DNA of 63,990 nt, the filler included, from Lama guanicoe (lineage: Eukaryota): the NCBI GenBank assembly GCA_013239625.1. It is 94 parts of 94 records of this genome, joined end to end, with 100 filler letters (N's around TTAATTAATTAA, not from the genome) between each part and the next. Parts side by side here need not be neighbours in the genome. Positions count along the whole stretch, not along the records: positions 52,509 to 53,004 come from PNXV01029071.1; positions 53,105 to 53,484 come from PNXV01029072.1; positions 53,585 to 54,152 come from PNXV01029073.1; positions 54,253 to 54,914 come from PNXV01029074.1; positions 55,015 to 55,824 come from PNXV01029077.1; positions 55,925 to 56,508 come from PNXV01029078.1; positions 56,609 to 57,051 come from PNXV01029079.1; positions 57,152 to 58,000 come from PNXV01029080.1; 86 more parts are not named here. One strand, given 5' to 3'. Both the position numbers and the translations under genes were made by a program. Below the pieces are notes generated by a model. It was not told the origin of the DNA, did no database searches, and was given only the letters and a program-made list of their open reading frames with translations. The first letter of the stretch is position 1, and each line of letters opens with the position of its first letter. Below are positions 52,409 through 63,990 of this stretch, piece after piece.

Positions 52409-52508
52409 NNNNNNNNNNNNNNNNNNNNNNNNNNNNNNNNNNNNNNNNNNNNTTAATTAATTAANNNNNNNNNNNNNNNNNNNNNNNNNNNNNNNNNNNN
52501 NNNNNNNN

Positions 52509-53004
52509 ATCTTTGAATATTATGGATATTTTACAATATTCTTCTGACCATAAACACGGGATATTTTTCCATTTGTGTTGTCAGCGCCTTTTATCAAAAT
52601 CTTTTAGTTTTCACAGTCCAGGTTTTCACTTCCTTGGTTAAATTTATTCCTAAGTTTTGTTTTTGATGCTATTGTGAATGGGATAGTATTTTTTAGTTCT
52701 TTTTCAGAGACTTCATTGTTACTGTGCAGAAACACAACTAACTTCTGCATATTGATTGTACATCCTATAACTTTACTAAATTCATTGATCAGTTCCAAAA
52801 GATTTGGGGTTGGGTCTTCAGGAATATTTTTAATATATAAAATTATATCATATGTAAACAGAGACAATTTTACTTTTCTGATTTGGATACCTTTTATTTC
52901 TTTTTCTCGTTTGTTTGCTTTGGTTATGACTTCCAGTAGTACATTAAGAGTGGTAAAAGTGGACGTACCTTGTCTTGCTCCTAATATCTGAGGAAAAACT
53001 TTCA
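52509..53004 (-). mobile_element. LINE-1 ORF2 reverse transcriptase fragment
   Basis: ORF 52604-52867(-): SLFTYDIILYIKN...LLELINEFSKVIGCTINMQKLVVFLHSNNEVSEKELKNTIPFTIASK. The catalytic FADD motif has decayed to FTYD. Confidence 0.95.
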
Positions 53005-53589
53005 NNNNNNNNNNNNNNNNNNNNNNNNNNNNNNNNNNNNNNNNNNNNTTAATTAATTAANNNNNNNNNNNNNNNNNNNNNNNNNNNNNNNNNNNNNNNN
53101 NNNNTGAAGCTATTTTTCATACTTGGATTTTTAATGCATCTAGATTTTACTTTGTTAAGGGACAAAGGTATTGATTCGGGTTGGAGACAGAAGAGTAGAA
53201 AGAGAATGATAAATTCTTCCTTTATTTTACTTTGATGTATATCTCTATGAAGATTTTCCTTAAATAACAAAGAGCATGTATTACTTTTATCCTTTTAGTT
53301 AAAATGAGATTAAGATCCAAACATTCATTTCAAGTCAGCAATATCAAGCACAGTAGCAGTGTTGATTCTTGCTGCCATGAAGAGAAGAAATACATAATTA
53401 AATATCACTCTATCGTAAGTTGTACAATTACTACACAAACTTTGGGGAAATATCACATGTAATCTCACCACTACAAAAAAAAAANNNNNNNNNNNNNNNN
53501 NNNNNNNNNNNNNNNNNNNNNNNNNNNNTTAATTAATTAANNNNNNNNNNNNNNNNNNNNNNNNNNNNNNNNNNNNNNNNNNNNGGGGA

Positions 53590-53735
53590 TACACAGTAGG
53601 GCTTCCTTGTCCACAGTTTACATATGAGGAAACCGAGGCACAGAGAGTTTAAAGTAACTTGCCCAAGATCCCACAGCAGTGAAGTAGGTTCAAACCCAGT
53701 TGGTCTGACGCCTGAGTCTGCCTCTTTAACCTCCA
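53590..53735 (-). mobile_element. MIR SINE
   Basis: TTTACATATGAGGAAACCGAGGCACAGAGAGTTTAAAGTAACTTGCCCAAGATCCCACAGC (MIR core). Confidence 0.92.
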
Positions 53736-53934
53736 CACGGCACTGCTTCCAGGGAAAAGGGGGAAGGCAAACAGCTAACTGATCAAGTACAACCAAGGTT
53801 TAATGAGACTGGTTTTCTTGGCTCTGCAGACAGTTCTTAAACAGGATTTGTGAGCTCGGGCAGAGTCACTGGGCACTGTGCTTGGCCTCCTGGTGGGGGG
53901 CACATCCTATCTAGAAGGAGCGTGGAGTTGGGGA

Positions 53935-54110
53935 GGCACAGAGACTTAGGGTTGCCCCCCACGCCTCCCACTTCTTGCTGAGTAACATCTGGGTGTTGGT
54001 TTCCTCATCTGTAAAGTGGAGCTGGTGAGCCCAGTTAAACAGTGCTATGATGAGGACTAAAAAGGGTCATTTATGTAAAGCATTTAGCAGAGTAGCCACT
54101 CATTGAATAT
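53935..54110 (+). mobile_element. MIR SINE
   Basis: GTTTCCTCATCTGTAAAGTGGAG...TGAGGACTAAA...TATGTAAAGCATTTAGCAGAG. Confidence 0.8.
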
Positions 54111-56210
54111 CAATCCTCCTTTCTCTTCTTAAAGATTAGTCACACAGTCTGGNNNNNNNNNNNNNNNNNNNNNNNNNNNNNNNNNNNNNNNNNNNNTTAA
54201 TTAATTAANNNNNNNNNNNNNNNNNNNNNNNNNNNNNNNNNNNNNNNNNNNNACAATTCAACCCATTTTTGTTCTTTTCTATTTCTATGCTTTTTCATGC
54301 TCCTTGTTAAACTAAATCCTAAAAACATCTAAAGTGGTATTCATTGTTCTCCAGCATCACAGATTTTTTAAAAAATTATTGACAGCAAAGGGAGAATGTT
54401 GTTGTGCTATGAAATGGCTGAGGAAGGTGAAATTAACATGAATATCCCTTATTTGAGCAACAGGGAGTTTAGTAGCTGCCAAGGATAACAGACTAAATTA
54501 AGTCATTTTTTATAAATGATTTCACACAAAAAGAACAGAAATAAATTGGACGAGTCTATTAGACTCAGCACTACCTTTTGACTCTATGCTCTGTTGTAAT
54601 TTTCAACTCCACGACTACTGGCTTACCAGTACTCAACTCTGTTTGATCTTTGGAATGTAAAAACCTGGGGATAATTGCTAGATTTTGTCTAGTTTAGTCT
54701 AATCTAATCTACTCTATAGAGGGCATATAAGAGGCATGTATTTGATACAGAGTGGACATGCCTGTGTTAATTCAAGAATTCAATATGCAAGGGATGAATC
54801 CATGTTCTACATTCTAGTTCTACATTAATAGCGGATGTAGGTATTCTCAACTAGTACCACTTAACGGTTTAATCCCATGCTTTGAAAACACATTAATATT
54901 TTGTCTATACAACCNNNNNNNNNNNNNNNNNNNNNNNNNNNNNNNNNNNNNNNNNNNNTTAATTAATTAANNNNNNNNNNNNNNNNNNNNNNNNNNNNNN
55001 NNNNNNNNNNNNNNGCTGGATGCTCAAGAACCTCACTCCCAGTAGGTCTGCATAAGGGGTGCCCGGAACCACGGTAGGGCCCCTGCACCCCAGCAGCTGC
55101 TGGGGCTGTTTTCTGCTGAAGACCCCCACCTTTCCACGGGAACAGATGAGCACAAGCTCTTCTAAGCCATGAATCAGGATGGATAACTGCATTCTCGTAA
55201 TTGTTTTCCTTTTCCAGCTTAGGTTCACTCTGATGGGAGACGGTAAAATTAGTCCACAAGCCACGTGAAGTTTGCTTCTTTGCTGATTAAAGCCTTAATT
55301 GATTCAGAATGTTTTACCAATCAATCTCTGTGAATTACTTCGGGCACATGAAGACATCTTATAAAGAAGCGTTAGCCCCAAATAAGGCTCTGAATGACAC
55401 CAAGTTAACAGACAGCCCTTCTGGTGAAGACATTCGAGTTCTCCACTGGATGGAAATGAGTCTTGCTTTCTCCCATTTGTGTTAAAATTACTCATTCCAT
55501 TTCTCTTTGGTGCCACCTAAGCAGCAGGGGACCAACTAAAACTCCTTCGTTTGAAGTGCACAAGCATCCCCCAAACACAGCGATGCCCACGTGGTGATTA
55601 CTAACCCTCGGGAAGCACCAGAGCAAAGACGTACGGGAGACGCTCCCCTTTTACAAAGACATCAAAGGAAACAGACAGCAGATTTTATTTAAACAACAAA
55701 AAAAAGACAGGTAACCAGGAGAAAGAGACATCCGATCAGCACCCTTTCCTGATCTGTATGCAGAGTCCTGCCTCAACGTTTGCATGTAACAAGGCACACT
55801 GGACACACAAACTGCCTGGCCAGCNNNNNNNNNNNNNNNNNNNNNNNNNNNNNNNNNNNNNNNNNNNNTTAATTAATTAANNNNNNNNNNNNNNNNNNNN
55901 NNNNNNNNNNNNNNNNNNNNNNNNACATCTTTTCCTAAAAGACTAAGAGGTAAAACAGAAGATTTTGCAAAGGATTTTCAAATGGCATGGGTTTTGTTTA
56001 AATAAAACAAAACAGATAAAACCACATGAGAGGAGAAAAAGAATCTGTTGGATGTGGTCACGGAAGTCTTCCTGGAAATGGTGGCCTTTGTTCTAGGCCT
56101 TGCTTTCATAAAGTTAGAACAACAGCAAAGCTGTAAGCATAAAGGGTGTACTTTTCTCCTTATTCATGCCCAACTGTCTTTCCCTGAGTCACTAGAACCC
56201 AGAAGGTAGC

Positions 56211-56508
56211 TGCGATGGTTAATCTTATGTGTCAGCTTGACAGGGCCACAGTCGCCCAGATATTTGGTCAGCTGTTATCCAGAGTGTTTCTGTGAGGATG
56301 TTTTTGGATGAGATAACACTTAAATTAGTGGACTGAGTAAAGATGGCTCTCCCTAATGTGTATGAGTCTCATCCAATTGTTGAAGGCCTAGATAGGACCA
56401 AATGGCTCACACTCCCCTGAGTAAGAGAATCTTTTCTGCCTGCCTTCAACTAGGACACTGGCTTTTTCCTGCTTTTGAATTAAACTGAAATATTTGCTCT
56501 TTCTGAAT
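56211..56508 (+). mobile_element. MLT2-type ERVL LTR 5' part
   Basis: TGCGATGGTTAATCTTATGTGTCAGCTTGAC...CCCAGATATTTGGTCA...TGTTTCTGTGAGGATGTTTTTGGATGAGAT. Confidence 0.9.
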
Positions 56509-56634
56509 NNNNNNNNNNNNNNNNNNNNNNNNNNNNNNNNNNNNNNNNNNNNTTAATTAATTAANNNNNNNNNNNNNNNNNNNNNNNNNNNNNNNNNNNN
56601 NNNNNNNNAGTGGTGGGAGCGTGGTTTGTCATAA

Positions 56635-57051
56635 TATTTGGTGTCTAGCCCTTACTTTCTGAAATCACTGAAGAGCCTTACAGGTCTAATAGGTGTCTTG
56701 TTATTCATAACAAGCCCCTTTCTACCATTCCTGGCTTTGTGTTACTGACATGACTTTTGGAAGACACCTGAAGGATAGGAGCTGGTTGCCAGGGGAGCCA
56801 ATCGTGAATAGAGGGTTGGGATGTTCAGTCCTACCCACTAATTTCCAGGGAGGAGAGCTGGGCTGGAGGTTGACTCAGACACCACTGGCCAATGACTTGA
56901 TCAACCCTGTGTATGTGATAAAGCCTCCACAAAAAAAACAGAAGAAGGGGGTTTAGAGAGCTTCTGGTTTAGTGAACATGTGGAGGTGCTGGGAGGGTGG
57001 TACACCTGGAGAGGGCATGGAAGCTCTGCCCTGTGCAGCTCTTCTATGTGA
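56635..57051 (+). mobile_element. MER21-like LTR
   Basis: TTGTTATTCATAACAAGCCCCTTTC...GGTTGCCAGGGGAGCCAATCGTGAATAGAGGGTTGG...GGCCAATGACTTGATCAA...GGAGAGGGCATGGAAGCTCTGC. Confidence 0.85.
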
Positions 57052-58927
57052 NNNNNNNNNNNNNNNNNNNNNNNNNNNNNNNNNNNNNNNNNNNNTTAAT
57101 TAATTAANNNNNNNNNNNNNNNNNNNNNNNNNNNNNNNNNNNNNNNNNNNNCCATAATTATGATCAGATTCCTTAAAATAAATCTTTTTATACATACAGA
57201 TGTTTTACTCTATGTTAAGCGTTTTACTTAGCTCTTCCCCCAACTCTAAGCTCAAGGATGTGGACTCTGTCTTACACATCCCTGTATCCCCAACATCCAG
57301 CAAGATGCCTTCTCAGACTCTTAAGTACTCAAGAAATATTCTGAACTAATGGATACACAGGATAATCCCTTCATAAAAGACTGTTGAATCAGGAGACGGG
57401 TAACAACTGAAGCAAGGGTGATTAACAGGGTCAGGAAATAGGGATCTTGGGCAAAATGAGGCTGGAAAGCAGGCAGCTCAACTCCTACAGTAGCCAGAGG
57501 TACAAGCCAGCACGCCAAAGGCCTGGAAGTTAAAAGTCAGGGCTTTATATCAAAAGCCCACTTAAAAAACAAGAAAGCCAGCTGGGCCTGACTCTTCTCA
57601 TTGGGTGGCCTCTGGCTTGTTGCTTCCCCGTCTTGGGCTCAGGGTGGCGGATCCATTTGATCTCTTTTAACACATTATATGATTCAGAACAAATATGACT
57701 CTAAGGTCAAAGCAAACAGGAACAGAAACTGAGATGGTTGAAATGTCAAATAACGCGTGTGGAGCCTACAGGTCATTCTCTCCCTCGTGTCAGGGGCAGC
57801 ACTGGTCACGGGGGCGGGAGCCCTTGGGCCACAGGCACCAACGCTGCAGTGAATATAGTTTGCTGAAAAGTGGGACAGGAACAGAGTCAGAACGACCAGG
57901 AGATTCGTGCAGGGAACACGTCCAATGCTGCACGATGGTAACTGTGGTAGTTAGTGCGGGAAGTCTGGCTAGCTTTGCTTCTGAGATTAATTGAACCGCA
58001 NNNNNNNNNNNNNNNNNNNNNNNNNNNNNNNNNNNNNNNNNNNNTTAATTAATTAANNNNNNNNNNNNNNNNNNNNNNNNNNNNNNNNNNNNNNNNNNNN
58101 AAGGAAAAATAAATTTCTCAACAATTTTAAGAGAATGAAATGATAACATAGAAGACTGAAGAGAAGGCACTAAATAACCGCAGTTGAGAAGATTCAGATA
58201 TTTCACATGCCAGTTGATTGTCTCACACAGAAATGGACCCTGTTATAACAGAGATCACTATTTCAAAGACAGTCTTCTGACAATAGAGTACAACTTTCTG
58301 ATTTCTGACCTAAATCTTCACTTTACAGTCCTGAAGAGTATTTAATGTAATTTTTTTTTTTTAGAATAATTCAATGGACTACCCACCCTTCTCCCTGAGG
58401 AATTTTTCCCTCTTCAAGCTTTAGAAGCGAAAGTGCCAGAACAACTGTGAAACTATTCAGAGAAAGAATGTCAGCTTTAGATGATTTGATTTTCTCTCAC
58501 TTGAAAGGACCAGAGGAAATCAGCAAATGAAAGAAAAATTGATCAAGCTTTTGGCACAGAAAATCATATCTACGTCCATTGCCTCTTGTGGGGGCTCTAA
58601 CTGCTACCCACTTTGTTGACCATAAACTACTCCTTAGATAACAATTCTTGGATGGTCTAGCTTCTTAGACGACCTAGCTCTCCTGGACTGACTGTGTGGT
58701 ACTGGAAGTCNNNNNNNNNNNNNNNNNNNNNNNNNNNNNNNNNNNNNNNNNNNNTTAATTAATTAANNNNNNNNNNNNNNNNNNNNNNNNNNNNNNNNNN
58801 NNNNNNNNNNTCTGAGCCAGTAAGTAAAAATACAGCATGAAAAAGGCAGTCCTCATCCCTAAGGAATTCCTAGTGAAACATTCTGAAACTCCATGGCAGT
58901 GTGGGTGTTACAGACACAGACAGACAG

Positions 58928-58940
58928 GCGCGCGCGCGCG

Positions 58941-58984
<44 letters not shown>
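58928..58984 (+). repeat. Compound (GC)n-(CA)19 microsatellite
   Basis: GCGCGCGCGCGCGTGCGCG followed by 19 CA units; 57 bp of unbroken purine-pyrimidine alternation. Confidence 0.97.
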
Positions 58985-58985
<1 letters not shown>

Positions 58986-59427
58986 GCACTTAGTGGGGTC
59001 CTAACTTGCCTGGATGAGGGTGTCCTGGGAGACTCCTGGAGTGGCGTCCATGCCAGTGAACTTGCTCTCTTCACGGCAGACATCATCTGGCCAGAGGTCT
59101 GGGATTCCCATTCCTTGCTCCGGTGTTTTCAGCCCCTCTGCCCTGACTCTCTGTTCTTCCCTCTGAACACACAGCATCAGAACAGTTGCCAAGTTCTATA
59201 GATTGTGACCCCCAAGAAAGCACTCCAATACATCTGTCCCCTCTGATCCCATTCTTGCTCTATTTCAGGTCTTCTTGCCAACACTATTCCAGTGTCGTGG
59301 TTTAGCCAACCTCCCTATGTTCCCCTCNNNNNNNNNNNNNNNNNNNNNNNNNNNNNNNNNNNNNNNNNNNNTTAATTAATTAANNNNNNNNNNNNNNNNN
59401 NNNNNNNNNNNNNNNNNNNNNNNNNNN

Positions 59428-60265
59428 AAATTGTTCTTCACTTGCTACTTTCAAAATTCTTTTTATCTTTGTTGACAAAGAGGTTATGTCTCAGTGTGGC
59501 ATAATGTGTCACAGTATGGATTACATTATAGTGTGTCCTTGTGCAGATTTCTTTGGGTTCATCTTTTTTGGGGTTCTTTGGCTTCCTGAGTCTGGATGTC
59601 CCCAGATTTAGGAAGTGTTCATCCATTATTTCTTTGAATAAGTTTTCTGGTTCTTTCTCTTTTCCCCTCTGGGAGTGCCATAATGCATATATTGTGGTCC
59701 GTTTGTTGGTGTCCTATAAAATCCTATGCTTTCTTCACTCTTTTTCATTCTTTTTCCTTTTTGCCCCTTTGAATAATTTCAATTACCTGTCTTCGAGTTT
59801 GCTGATTGTTTGTGGTGCTCTTTCTGCTGTTGAACTCGACTGAATTTTTCAGCTCTCATATTGTATTCTTCAGCTCCAAGATTTCAGCCTGGTTATTCTG
59901 TCTCATTGAAATTCTCACTTTGCTCACACATTGTTCCCCTGAGCTCATTGAGCATTTCTGTGGTGGTTGTTTAAAATTCTCTGTCAAGTAATTCCTGTAA
60001 CTACATTTCCTTTGGGTCATTTTCTGGAGCTTTATTTTGTTCCTTTTGTTTGGATTGTGTTTCCCTGTTTCTTCATTTTCCTTGACTCATTGTGTTCATA
60101 CCTACACATTAGAAACAACTGCCACCGATGCCATTCTTCATGTGGTGGCCTCATCCAGGAGAAAACCAGAGTTTCTGTGAGACTCTCAAACCTTCATGCT
60201 GGTCCAAACCACTATGTGTTCTCAGTAGCCCCCAGTCATCTATGGTATGCCAGGTCCCATCAGTG
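59428..60265 (-). mobile_element. LINE-1 ORF1/5' region (antisense)
   Basis: CTTGCTACTTTCAAAATTCT...CCCAGATTTAGGAAGTGTTCATCCATTATTTCTTTGAATAAG...TTGTATTCTTCAGCTCCAAGATTTC. Confidence 0.85.
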
Positions 60266-62414
60266 NNNNNNNNNNNNNNNNNNNNNNNNNNNNNNNNNNN
60301 NNNNNNNNNTTAATTAATTAANNNNNNNNNNNNNNNNNNNNNNNNNNNNNNNNNNNNNNNNNNNNAAACCTGGCGAATTGTCATGAAATACTTTGTATCA
60401 TTTAGTTCAGAAAATTGGTTTAGCAATCTCCTCCCACAAACGTTTCATCAGGTTATTCACTTAAACTGTGAGCCTGTCTCAATGCTGCAGGATGACATCT
60501 CAGGCCCCACGCTGCGGCCACCTCTCTCCCCGGCTCTCCCTGAGGCTGACACTCGCCAGGTGGTCTAATCCTCAAACTCTCAAATTTTTTTCTAGACCGA
60601 GTTCAGTTCATATGACTGAAGTCCTGCTCACCAAGCTCCTGAAATATTTCATTTAACATGGACTAGACAAAAAAGGCTATTTCTATCTATATCCATCTTT
60701 ACTTCTCAAATTTCGTTTTCCTCTAGACGTCTAAGATCCCTTGGGCGCAGACCCTTCTTTTGATGTTGAGGGCTTTATCAAAAGAAAGGGATGCTTTTTT
60801 AACCCCCACAGGAGTAAGTGGTATATTTCAACTTTAAATCTTTGAGTCATAAAATCCCCTTCTCCTAAAAATGAAAGCACTGAACTCTTCCCAGGTGGGT
60901 GTTCCGAGCCCACACAAAACCGTTGAATAAGTCTGGTCTCCAGTTTGATGGGGTTNNNNNNNNNNNNNNNNNNNNNNNNNNNNNNNNNNNNNNNNNNNNT
61001 TAATTAATTAANNNNNNNNNNNNNNNNNNNNNNNNNNNNNNNNNNNNNNNNNNNNTGACTTGTTATCTGTGGAATAATGTACAATGACTAAACAGAAAAA
61101 ACAGGTTCTTGAGAAGACTAAAACAATGTTAGAGGCAATTGAGAGATTTGGGATTTGAGCACTGCTATTCTCGGTTTATAGGCTCTACAGAATATTTTCG
61201 AACCTATTATTTTAACATTTATTTTAAATGTCACAATTATTTTAACAGAGGAGGATGCAAAGAACTGTAGAGATGTGATGTATAATATCATTTAAGGGGA
61301 ACATGCAAATAATATGGCAGAAATAAGTGGTACTCATCTCACTCTTGGATGGTGATTCTCACAAAAATATAGAGCTATCGTCTGCAATTTAAAATATTAC
61401 AAAACAACCCTCACTTCCGTTCCTACCTTTCTAAGTGAAACAGAATTATTGCTAGGCAGCTTCAAATTCAATCAGCCGTCTTAATTTCCATGAAAGCTAA
61501 TTTCACCACAGCAGTGTTCTTTACTGGGACTGCCTACAGAAAGAAAACTTCACTGCATTCATCTGGGGGGAAAAGCACAGTTGGTGTTCAAAAATTATTA
61601 GCCATGCAGAAGTAAATGATCTTTATATACAGAAAATGACATAGTGAATTAAATTTTAGTACCTGATACCATTTTTGAATGAAGTACTAGCAAAAGACAA
61701 GCAATAAGATAAATCACTNNNNNNNNNNNNNNNNNNNNNNNNNNNNNNNNNNNNNNNNNNNNTTAATTAATTAANNNNNNNNNNNNNNNNNNNNNNNNNN
61801 NNNNNNNNNNNNNNNNNNATCCAGTCCCAGCTGTTGCTCGGAGGCCACAGCGGATGCCAGAAAGGGCAGAGCACCGGCCCTGAGCCAGGGCAGCTGGGGA
61901 CAAAAGTGACAGTCCATCTGTGCTGGGCCTGCCCCTTTTCCTGCCGGCACGTTGACCAGGAGACCCACCTGGCCCAGAGAGGTGACCTGCCCGAGGTCAG
62001 ATAGTTAATTAATGGAGGGCCATGAGATTTGGGTTTCCGGAATCCAAGTCCTTTTTTCATCCATGCCGCCCAGGAAATCGTGCTGTCATCAGGATGGGGG
62101 TCCCTGCAAGCACCAGCTTTCCCAGAGACCAGGAAGAGAATGACCAACACCCCTGGCAACAGCCTAACTGGGAGAAGACAGATATCCGTTTCAGATGTCT
62201 TGCCTTCTTTTCGATGCCACTCTCTAGTTCCCATTGGCCTCTGCCACTCTTTACCCCTCCCTGCTACCACTGAAACCTGCTTGAGTTAGTCATTTACACC
62301 ATAGTATGAATGTCNNNNNNNNNNNNNNNNNNNNNNNNNNNNNNNNNNNNNNNNNNNNTTAATTAATTAANNNNNNNNNNNNNNNNNNNNNNNNNNNNNN
62401 NNNNNNNNNNNNNN

Positions 62415-62743
62415 TTCCTGAGTTGAGAGCATGTGGATTACTGATCTTTCATCCTTTATAAAAACAATATTTTCATCTTGACTCGTGTACCCATTTTCAC
62501 AATCTTTTCGTAACACCAGTTTCGAACTCGTGCATTTTTCTCAGAAAAATACTTCTGGAGCGATTTCCACCAAACAGATATGTAATTTACATGAATTCGA
62601 TCAACATGGCATTCCCGGTTCCGTACATGCTACATGCATGACGTATTAGGCAAACATGTGTTTCTGAGATCTCAGCATGTGGATTACTGACCTCTCATCC
62701 ACCAAAGGCATATATACACTTAGAAATATTTACTCTGACTTCA
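62415..62743. repeat. Satellite DNA, ~246-bp period, ~1.3 copies
   Basis: AGCATGTGGATTACTGAYCTYTCATCC occurs at 62428 and 62674. Confidence 0.75.
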
Positions 62744-63415
62744 NNNNNNNNNNNNNNNNNNNNNNNNNNNNNNNNNNNNNNNNNNNNTTAATTAATTAAN
62801 NNNNNNNNNNNNNNNNNNNNNNNNNNNNNNNNNNNNNNNNNNNGAGAAAGACGCGCAGGAAACTAGCCGCCACCGGACAAGGCGGCAGTGACGCCACAGC
62901 CCAGACACCAAGACCGGATTTTAATGATCGTAATGTCTTCCCACGTCCTGGTGACGACAAGGGAGCCCCAGAGTGGAGACTACTGATGCATAATTCATAG
63001 TTACGAGACAAATGGATACTTCTGGAATCCAATCTTGCAAAAGGACAAGACTTGGCCAAGTTGTGAAGTGCCTCTATTACCTTCCTGGGCATCCAAAATC
63101 CTCACGTTGACCTGCCTATTCACCTGTCTCCTTATTGTCTTGCTTTTTAACATCTCCTGCCATGACGCCTGGACCTTCTGCAGAATGAGACCCCGCCATC
63201 ACAATGTACGAGTCCTCAATCTCATTCTCCCAAGATCCTTCTCTCTGCAGACAGGTATCCAATCCGTACAGAAAATTTGTTAAAAACTGTTACTGGCTCA
63301 CTCATTCATCCAACANNNNNNNNNNNNNNNNNNNNNNNNNNNNNNNNNNNNNNNNNNNNTTAATTAATTAANNNNNNNNNNNNNNNNNNNNNNNNNNNNN
63401 NNNNNNNNNNNNNNN

Positions 63416-63595
63416 AGACTCTCAAAGTGTGGCCCAGGGTGGGCTGAATTTGCATCACTTGGGATTTTGTTAGAAATGTAAACTTTAGGGCCTCATTCAG
63501 ACCTAATAAATCAGAAACTCAGTAGCTAAGGCCCAGCAGACTAACATTAAGACTTCTTGGGGATTTGAATATACCCTAGAGTTTGAGATCCACTG
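63416..63595. mobile_element. MER5A-like hAT-Charlie element
   Basis: TCTCAAAGTGTGGCCC...GCATCACTTGGGATTTTGTTAGAAATG...AGACCTAATAAATCAGAAACTC...AGTTTGAGATCCACTG. Confidence 0.85.
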
Positions 63596-63603
63596 CTCTA
63601 CAA

Positions 63604-63990
63604 TATGCCAGTCATGGACAAAGAATGTCACCTGCCATTTCAGTAAACGAAGGATGTTGTGGTCATTCAAGCCATCAGCCACTGCAGCCACCCCCAAGGG
63701 TACACCCTGAGGATGGAGAAAAATTGGATACTGGCCCTAGATAGTTAAGGTGCACATCGAAGGAATCATTTCTGTAAGCCCAGACTCTTGCATCTTCCCA
63801 TAGATAGAAAAGTGCTAAATTCACTAACTTGAGGTGTTTAATTTTCTTTAGTTAGCAGTAATTTTTTGATGTTCGACTACCTGTTTTTTAGTTTTTGCAA
63901 AAATTCCTATCTATCCTGGCCCCTCCCTCACCTCTTTGAGTCGATCAGAGATATCTGGGAGGCTGTACCTCGGGATTAAATTCTCAGTAA
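63604..63990 (+). mobile_element. ERV1 LTR (MER41-like, cetartiodactyl type), truncated by window end
   Basis: GTAAACGAAGGATGTTG...CCAGACTCTTGCATCTTCCCAT...CCTATCTATCCTGGCCCCTCCCTCACCTCTTTG...GAGGCTGT. Confidence 0.7.

Overview
This window is not contiguous DNA. It holds 94 unrelated short contigs (about 330-995 bp each) joined by 93 copies of an identical 100-bp artificial spacer (N44-TTAATTAATTAA-N44, stop codons in all six frames), as in a 'chrUn'-style concatenation of unplaced contigs. The content is placental-mammal intronic/intergenic DNA: LINE-1, L2, MIR, MaLR/ERVL/ERV1 LTRs, Tigger and hAT-Charlie DNA transposons, microsatellites and one decayed class I ERV pol fragment. A tRNA-derived SINE resembling the camelid Vic-1 family points to alpaca/llama/camel. 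No intact protein-coding gene is supported; most ORF-track entries are chance ORFs, repeat-derived, or closed by the spacer. I do not see an undescribed multi-gene system. The best leads are a ~248-bp satellite with an internal ~123-bp dimer structure and a diverged relative on a second contig, an LTR ending in poly(A) instead of U5, a twin-priming L1 inversion, two pairs of allelic duplicate contigs, and a few candidate exons including a 24-nt microexon. Repeat family names come from recalled consensus sequences, not from a search.
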